From positions 186,001 to 250,000 of the forward strand of contig NW_026515701.1 of assembly GCF_025526975.1 (NCBI RefSeq): a stretch of 64,000 nucleotides of DNA, written 5' to 3'. The stretch is from Fimicolochytrium jonesii (Eukaryota). Below are positions 58,093 through 64,000 of the stretch, in pieces (position 1 is the stretch's first letter; every line of letters starts with the position of its first letter). A program made the translations under genes and the position numbers. The notes under the pieces were generated by a model. The model saw only the letters and a program-made list of their open reading frames with translations, was not told where the DNA came from and made no database searches.

Positions 58093-58988
58093 TGACGTTG
58101 TCCTACTTGTAAACCGTGTTTTTCACCCCGCCTTTTTCTTTTGCACATTCGTCTTTTGAACCCCTTTTCCTTGGGTGGTACAGTATATCTCGTGGGATCT
58201 GACACTTTGAGTCCTCGCTCGTCCTTTCCCTTCCCCAGTACTCCCGTTTCCTGTAGATTATTACTGTACATTTGGCCAAAAGTTCCCCTTTCGAAATCGT
58301 CTTGTTGAGAACGAGTTTCGTTGCCGTTGATCAACGCGTCGAGGGGTGGGGTCAGCCCGTCGTGACGCGTTAGGTCATCGGATGCGCGTCACCCGCGGCT
58401 AAATTTAGGATGCATGGGTGGATCACGTTTCTCACCTTTTTTAAGCCAATTTTTGGTCTCTTCTTCCATCCGTATCGCACCTCCGAATCGGACTCCGGCC
58501 TGATGAAAAAGACGTCTTGGCTTCCGTGGCGACGGCCGGCTGGCTGATGGATGTTGGAAGGGAATCCGCGCCTTGCAAGTTGGAAGGGATTCAAGGGAAG
58601 GGAGCCGGGCCACGGGATTCCTGTATTAGCATGTATAAGCAAGTCGCTGTCAGTACGTCCCTTATTGTTGGTCTGATTGTTACGTAGGATGGCATATGCC
58701 AACCGGGCAGCTGCTTGGTCACCCAGTCTCTCTCCGTCTTCCTCCTTTCGCTCCTTTTGCCCTCGCTGATTTTTACTCATACCCTCCCGCTCGGAACCTG
58801 CTACAAAAGAGAGAACGTCGCTCGACGACCCCTCCTGCTGCAACGAATACTGTCCACGAAAAACAACGCCTGAAAGAAGAAGCCCCTACAAAAAACCCCA
58901 GGTGGAGAACGTTCCCACGCAAAAGTCACTAACGCCCACGTCACCACCACAACCACCGCGAGGACCTCAAATCCCACAGATCGCTTCA

Positions 58989-59819
58989 ATGACACCGCCA
59001 ACCATGCCCACCCCTACGCCGGACGCCCCCCGTCCGCGGCCACAGCTCCTCCGCTGGCCTTCAGGCTGGACGCCAGCCTCCGAACTCCTCCTGAGGCTGT
59101 CGCGGAGGGATAATGAGACGAGGAGGGAGACGGAGAATGAGACGGAGAATGGGACGGAGAATGAGACGGAGAGGGAAGCTCACAACAATGGACGGTCGCC
59201 ACTATTATCGGCTGCATACTATGAGGATGAGGATAGCGTACCCTCGCCCATGTACACCGTCTCCGTCGAGCCCCCAATCGCGGCGACCACAACAGCATCA
59301 CCAGCAACCACCGCATTATCACCACCACCTGCCACAACAACAACAACCACCGCCACCACTACCACCACCACCACCTCCCCCCTGTCCTCCCTCGTCCGCG
59401 CCCACGTAACGATCCTCCGCCTCCTCGTCTCCTCCGCCCTCCTTTTCGCCCTCATCCCCGTCCTCGCCCTCCTCGCCGCCGTCGTCCCCGCTCCCGCTCC
59501 CGCAATCCTCACCATCATATCCTCCTGCGCAATCTTTCCCGCTGCTACATTTACACTCATTCTTGCGGTGAGGAGGATGAGGAGGGAGGAGGGGAGGGTT
59601 AGGTGGGCCGCGGGGCAGTTGGAGATGGGCGGTGCGGGGGATGTGAGAGCGAGAGCGGGGTTGGAGAGGTTGTTGGGGCTAGCGTTGCCGGAGTATGCCG
59701 ATATTGAGCCGTTGCCGCCGTATGACCCGAAGCCTGCTATCGCACCTGAGACGCCGGCGGTGGTGGTCTGCGAACTTCCGGATGTGCCACAGGTGGCTCA
59801 GAGCGCCGATAACGTGTAG
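58989..59819 (+). CDS. Hypothetical two-TM membrane protein with PY-like motifs
   Basis: Intronless ORF with a P/T-rich N-terminus, two hydrophobic segments, and LPEY and LPPY in the tail. Confidence 0.55.
   Translation: MTPPTMPTPTPDAPRPRPQLLRWPSGWTPASELLLRLSRRDNETRRETENETENGTENETEREAHNNGRSPLLSAAYYEDEDSVPSPMYTVSVEPPIAATTTASPATTALSPPPATTTTTTATTTTTTTSPLSSLVRAHVTILRLLVSSALLFALIPVLALLAAVVPAPAPAILTIISSCAIFPAATFTLILAVRRMRREEGRVRWAAGQLEMGGAGDVRARAGLERLLGLALPEYADIEPLPPYDPKPAIAPETPAVVVCELPDVPQVAQSADNV
59127..59172 (+). repeat. 12-bp coding tandem repeat (GAGACGGAGAAT x~4)
   Basis: Read directly from the sequence; encodes ETEN ETEN GTEN ETE. Confidence 0.8.
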
Positions 59820-60185
59820 AGCGCCGATAACGTATGATTGGCACTCGCGCGGAGTAGTGTATAATTTGTATTATCTGTCTTCCTTGTGGGTGGCCTCTAG
59901 ACGGCGTTGAGTATCTTACTGAAACCTCTATATAGAAACCTGATACCCCTCAACCTTTCTTTTCTGGATCTTCCCATCATATACCCCAATAATCGAAACT
60001 TCTAATAGACATCTTCTAATCGCTTATCTGCCTCTTTCTGTCGGGGACCATGATTGTTGCGCGCATTCACACGAGAAAGGGGAGCGTTCGGTTGGTTTAC
60101 CAGAACATGTATGATACAGATATTCACAGGGAAAAAGTGCCTACTCTCGACTACATACACAAGCCTTGTCCCCTCTCAAGCGCAC

Positions 60186-62168
60186 TCAAATCCTCAACCT
60201 AAAAACACCCACAGACTCCTTCCCCAACACCGCCTTATCCCCCTTCACCTCCACCCTCCCATTCGCCAGCAACACATCATACGCCACCTCAAAATCCTTC
60301 GCCTCAGCCCCATGTCCCGGCGCCGGCCTCACAAGAGGCACCGTCACATCCCCATCCCCCAGATTGATCGCCACCGCAACCTTCCCGCCCCGCCTGACAA
60401 CCATCCACCGCGCCGTCTCGTCGTACTCACAGTCTACTTTTCGGATCTCGTTGACGGCAGCGAGTTCCGGGACCTCTCTCCGTAACCTGATCAGCTTCTT
60501 GTGCCAGTCGAGCAGGCTCGCGTGGGTGGGTTGGGTCGGTTCGGCCCAGTCCAGTTTACTGCGGTTGAAGGTCTCCGGGTCCTGCGGGTCCGGTACATCC
60601 TCGGTGTTCCAGCCATGTTCCGCAAACTCGGCCCTGCGCCCCTTCTTGACCGCCTCGCCGAGCTCCTTGTTATGGTTCGTGAAGAACATGAACGGTGTCT
60701 TGGCGCCCCATTCCTCGCCTTGGAACAGCATCGGGGTGAACGGGCTGGTGAGGAGGAGCGCGGCGCCGATCTTCAGCACGGCGTCGTTACATGTGGCCGA
60801 GATCCGGTCGCCGATGGCGCGGTTACCGACCTGGTCGTGGTCTTGGAGGAACACGACGAGGCGGGAGGAAGGGACGGTGTCCGGGATCTGACGGCCGTAG
60901 TCGCGTTTGCGGAAGGAGGACCATTCGCCGTCGTGCACGAACCCGCCGGTCAGGGCTTTGGCCATCACCGCGAGGGAGCCGAAATCGCCGTAGTAGCCTT
61001 GGCGCTCGCCGGTGAGGAGCGCGTGGAGGGAGTGGTGCACGTCGTCGGCCCATTGGCCGTCGAGGCCGTAGCCGCCCACTTCTTGGCTTCTGATGAGTTT
61101 CGCGTCGTTTAGGTCGGATTCGGCTACGAGCCATAGGGGTTTGCGGAGCTGGGCGCCGAGGTTGCGGACTTCTGTCGAGATCTGTTCGAGGAAATGCGTG
61201 GAGCTCGTGTCGAGGAGCGCGTGGACTGCGTCAAGTCGAAGCCCATCAATGTGGTAATCGCGCATCCACATCAAAGCGTTGTCGATGAAGAAACGCCGGA
61301 CCTCGTTCGACCACGGACCGTCCAAGTTCACCGACGTGCCCCAGGAATTGCTCTTGGTGCTAAAGTACGGGCCAAAGCACTCGAGGTAGTTTCCGTCCGG
61401 TCCCAGATGGTTGTAGACGACGTCCATCACAACACCCAATCCCTTCGCATGGGCAGCATCCACGAACCGTTTCAGGCCGTCAGGTCCACCGTAAGACTCC
61501 TGCGCAGCATACAGCCCAACCCCGTCATATCCCCAGTTCCATTTGCCAGGGAAGGCATTGCAAGGCAACAGTTCCACCGCATCGACGCCCAATTCCACCA
61601 GATGGTCCAACTTCTCAATGGCAGCGTCAAACGTCCCCGCCTTGGTGAATGTGCCCACATGCAGCTCATACAGCACGGATCCCGCGAGAGGCACACCCCT
61701 CCATCGCTGATCAGTCCACTTGAACCGGGAGTGGTCATACAGTCTCGCGGGGCCGTGGATGCTTCCAGGCAACCAAGCAGCGCGTGGATCCGGAAGGGGC
61801 GCCTCGACGTTGTACTTGTTCTTTTCGACGATGAAGCCGTAGTCTGCGCCGTGCTCGACGCCGGGGACGGTGACCTCCCACCAGCCGGGGGAAGGGTTGC
61901 CGGTTTTCTTTAGTGGGTGGGACTTGCCTGTTTTGGCGTCTGGGCCGAGGACGAGGGTGACGGAGGGTGCTTCGGGGGCCCAGAGGCGGAAGGTGTGGTG
62001 GGTAGCGGCAGCAGACATTGTGCGGAAGGTGGTGGTGCTGAGGCAGGGGAGGATGTGTGGGGAAGGAAGCGTTTGGCGAGAGATGAAGCGACGATGCGTT
62101 TGCAAAAGGAGGGCGGAGCGGGGCCTCGTGGGTTGCAGCTTTATGAGTTGGGCGAAGCGTGGAAGCAT
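60186..62168 (-). CDS. treZ: Malto-oligosyltrehalose trehalohydrolase (GH13 + CBM48), bacterial type, intronless
   Basis: FRLWAP, DPRA, LYELHVGTFT, WGYDGV, DVVYNHLGP, GLRLDAVH (nucleophile), VAESDLND (acid/base), QWADDVHH, QDHDQVGNR, PMLFQGEEW. In-frame ATGs at 62168 and 62018. Confidence 0.93.
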   Translation of the reverse strand: MLPRFAQLIKLQPTRPRSALLLQTHRRFISRQTLPSPHILPCLSTTTFRTMSAAATHHTFRLWAPEAPSVTLVLGPDAKTGKSHPLKKTGNPSPGWWEVTVPGVEHGADYGFIVEKNKYNVEAPLPDPRAAWLPGSIHGPARLYDHSRFKWTDQRWRGVPLAGSVLYELHVGTFTKAGTFDAAIEKLDHLVELGVDAVELLPCNAFPGKWNWGYDGVGLYAAQESYGGPDGLKRFVDAAHAKGLGVVMDVVYNHLGPDGNYLECFGPYFSTKSNSWGTSVNLDGPWSNEVRRFFIDNALMWMRDYHIDGLRLDAVHALLDTSSTHFLEQISTEVRNLGAQLRKPLWLVAESDLNDAKLIRSQEVGGYGLDGQWADDVHHSLHALLTGERQGYYGDFGSLAVMAKALTGGFVHDGEWSSFRKRDYGRQIPDTVPSSRLVVFLQDHDQVGNRAIGDRISATCNDAVLKIGAALLLTSPFTPMLFQGEEWGAKTPFMFFTNHNKELGEAVKKGRRAEFAEHGWNTEDVPDPQDPETFNRSKLDWAEPTQPTHASLLDWHKKLIRLRREVPELAAVNEIRKVDCEYDETARWMVVRRGGKVAVAINLGDGDVTVPLVRPAPGHGAEAKDFEVAYDVLLANGRVEVKGDKAVLGKESVGVFRLRI

Positions 62169-63805
62169 TACCCCTGCGGGGCCGATCTCTCTCTGTCTTC
62201 CCAACACAGAAAACAATGAAGGAGGGAAAAAGGACTGGCTATGTGGCATGCGCGTCAAACTGCCCTCATCGATAATGATCATTAGGCCACGGTCCGCCGG
62301 AGACGCCCACTTCATCAAGCGCCGCTAATCAAACGGGCGTGTTCTGACAAGGTGCACGTCTAAGCATCGAGGGACAACGCGTGAAATGACATCACGCCCT
62401 CGTGCTCCGCGTGTCTTGTCGCCAAAATCAGCGCCCAAGCGGACACTGAAATCGGAGCCAGCCCCAGCACTGCAAGAATTTGTCAATGGACAGCGTAAAT
62501 GGACTTCCCTTCAGATCCATTCCATGTCCGATCCCGGTTCGCCCAGACTCCCGAATGAAGCCATCGCTGCAATGGCTGGGATGGCTTGTAGTGTACAATA
62601 CATGTATGAATTTGTGCGATACCAGACGGTCTAGGATACGCGGAATCGTGGAATATATTCGATATGCCCTGTTCGAGCGGCATACCCGCCGATTTGCCTT
62701 CGGGGTGCAGCCCCTTTATGAAAAAAGATGCAGCGCCGTCTCCAATGATGCCGAATATGGAAGGGGGAATCCGGCAAATCCACCGGAAACCGAACAAGCC
62801 CGCGCCAGTCGCGGGAGCTCTCTCCTGCAGGAGAGGTTGCATATCGCTGATACCCCTGGCAAAATCGTGTCGGTCGTGCCGATGATAGCGGAAGATGCAT
62901 TGTTACGAGGAAAACCGGACGAAATCAATGGACCCAATGAAACCAAGAGCTGCTCTGAGCGCCTCCTGGAGGAGAGCGCAAGGACTTGCCCTCCTCCGTG
63001 CTATTTTCGCTTGGGTCGATTTGTCTGGTTGATCCTTGGCTAGGGGTCGGACTGCCTGGACAACGGACCAAACGCGTCCCCTTCCGGTACTCGTTGCGAC
63101 GCGATTTTGCTTACGCGAACACGCGCATGCAATGATTCCCCCTGCGAGGACACATGCAGTCCGCGATGAAGTCGACCCGGCATTAGCAATGGCATTCCGG
63201 GACCGATCGCCATTTTGTCTCGCTTCCGGCGATTAAGAAGCAGCGCTGTTTAGGCGAGGTCTTCGTTTAGGCGCTGTTTCCTGTATCGAGACTGTTGAAG
63301 GTGTGACTTAGCGCTGCCTCGCGCCACATCTGCGCCACGCATCAAAGTCCAGTCTTCGGACATCCTCGCCCGCATGTCGGATCTGGATCTGGAACCCACC
63401 AAGTCGCCCCGCAAATTCGGCTCCAAATTCCTGCAAATCCCTCCCGACTCAAAACTCGAATTTATCCTCGACCCACCTCTCCAAACCCACCCGGAAATGC
63501 TCGGCGGCGCCATGCGTCGTTCAGAAGCCTCCAGCTCGCGCGGCACAGGGTCCAGCAGCAGTTGCATGTGGGGTCTAATGCTGGTCTATACTACAGGGGT
63601 GTTGCAGAATGCGGGTTTATGAGCTTGCTCGCGGGGGCGAAAACGCCCCTGGTTTCGCGCTATAATGATATTAAATCGGGGGCTCGTATTCGAATCACTT
63701 TCGGGAAGATGCGTGGTTGCCGCGGCGGTGATAACGAGGGATGCAGGTGCGTGACGGACGATGATGTTGTTGGTGGGGTGGGTAACATCGATTCAGGCCG
63801 CTGCT

Positions 63806-63922
63806 TTACTCCCTCGCCTGCACAACGCCAACCTGCGCCGGCCGCAAGCACCTGTTTCCGAGCTTGTATCCGATCTTGGCCACCTCAAACACCGTGTTCG
63901 GCTCCTTATCCGGGATAGGAGC
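63806..63922 (-). CDS. MGE1: Last exon of mitochondrial GrpE nucleotide-exchange factor (gene continues beyond window)
   Basis: After acceptor TTTCCAG: APIPDKEPNTVFEVAKIGYKLGNRCLRPAQVGVVQARE*, the GrpE C-terminal motif G[YF].L..R.LRPA.V.V. Confidence 0.85.
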   Translation of the reverse strand, partial: APIPDKEPNTVFEVAKIGYKLGNRCLRPAQVGVVQARE

Positions 63923-64000
63923 CTGGAAAAGTGCCTCATGGAAGTTAGGGTCAAACACCTCCCCCTGCGGGTTGAACACCTCAATGCTAAACCGCTTGAA

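Noticed and set aside
62386..63622. Possible gene (e.g. treY partner) between treZ and MGE1
   Set aside because: Short ORFs with no GH13/TreY motifs and no convincing spliced model.
1..64000. CRISPR arrays, tRNA/rRNA genes, intact transposons
   Set aside because: No repeat-spacer arrays, cloverleaf/rRNA signatures or transposase/reverse-transcriptase ORFs were seen by eye.

Overview
Gene-dense, intron-rich eukaryotic nuclear DNA with short GT-AG introns. It is almost certainly from a zoosporic (chytrid-type) fungus, because fungal housekeeping genes sit alongside a flagellar gene (CFAP210/CCDC173) and SCAR/WAVE. Recognisable genes are SSZ1-type Hsp70 (partial), RPL36, MRD1, DDI1, VPS27, CFAP210, ATP17, SmD3, an OYE-family flavin oxidoreductase, an AFG2/SPATA5-like AAA ATPase, a LATS-like NDR kinase, a hormone-sensitive-lipase-like hydrolase, homogentisate dioxygenase, a UFD4/TRIP12 HECT ligase, SCAR/WAVE, a sugar porter, a GH37 trehalase, a bacterial-type TreZ and the last exon of MGE1/GrpE. 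The most notable observations are: (1) a spliced gene at ~24.1-24.7 kb, only partly visible in the ORF track, made of nine octapeptide repeats resembling phage gp5/T6SS VgrG beta-helix spikes; (2) a candidate trehalose gene cluster of sugar porter, GPI-type trehalase and an intronless, probably horizontally acquired TreZ; (3) a tandem array of four tiny divergent Myb/SANT-like genes; (4) an intron-retaining eIF4E pseudogene; (5) a 4-nt microexon, an intron-split start codon and recurrent promoter motifs. All exon models were built by eye and family calls come from remembered motifs; no database search was run.
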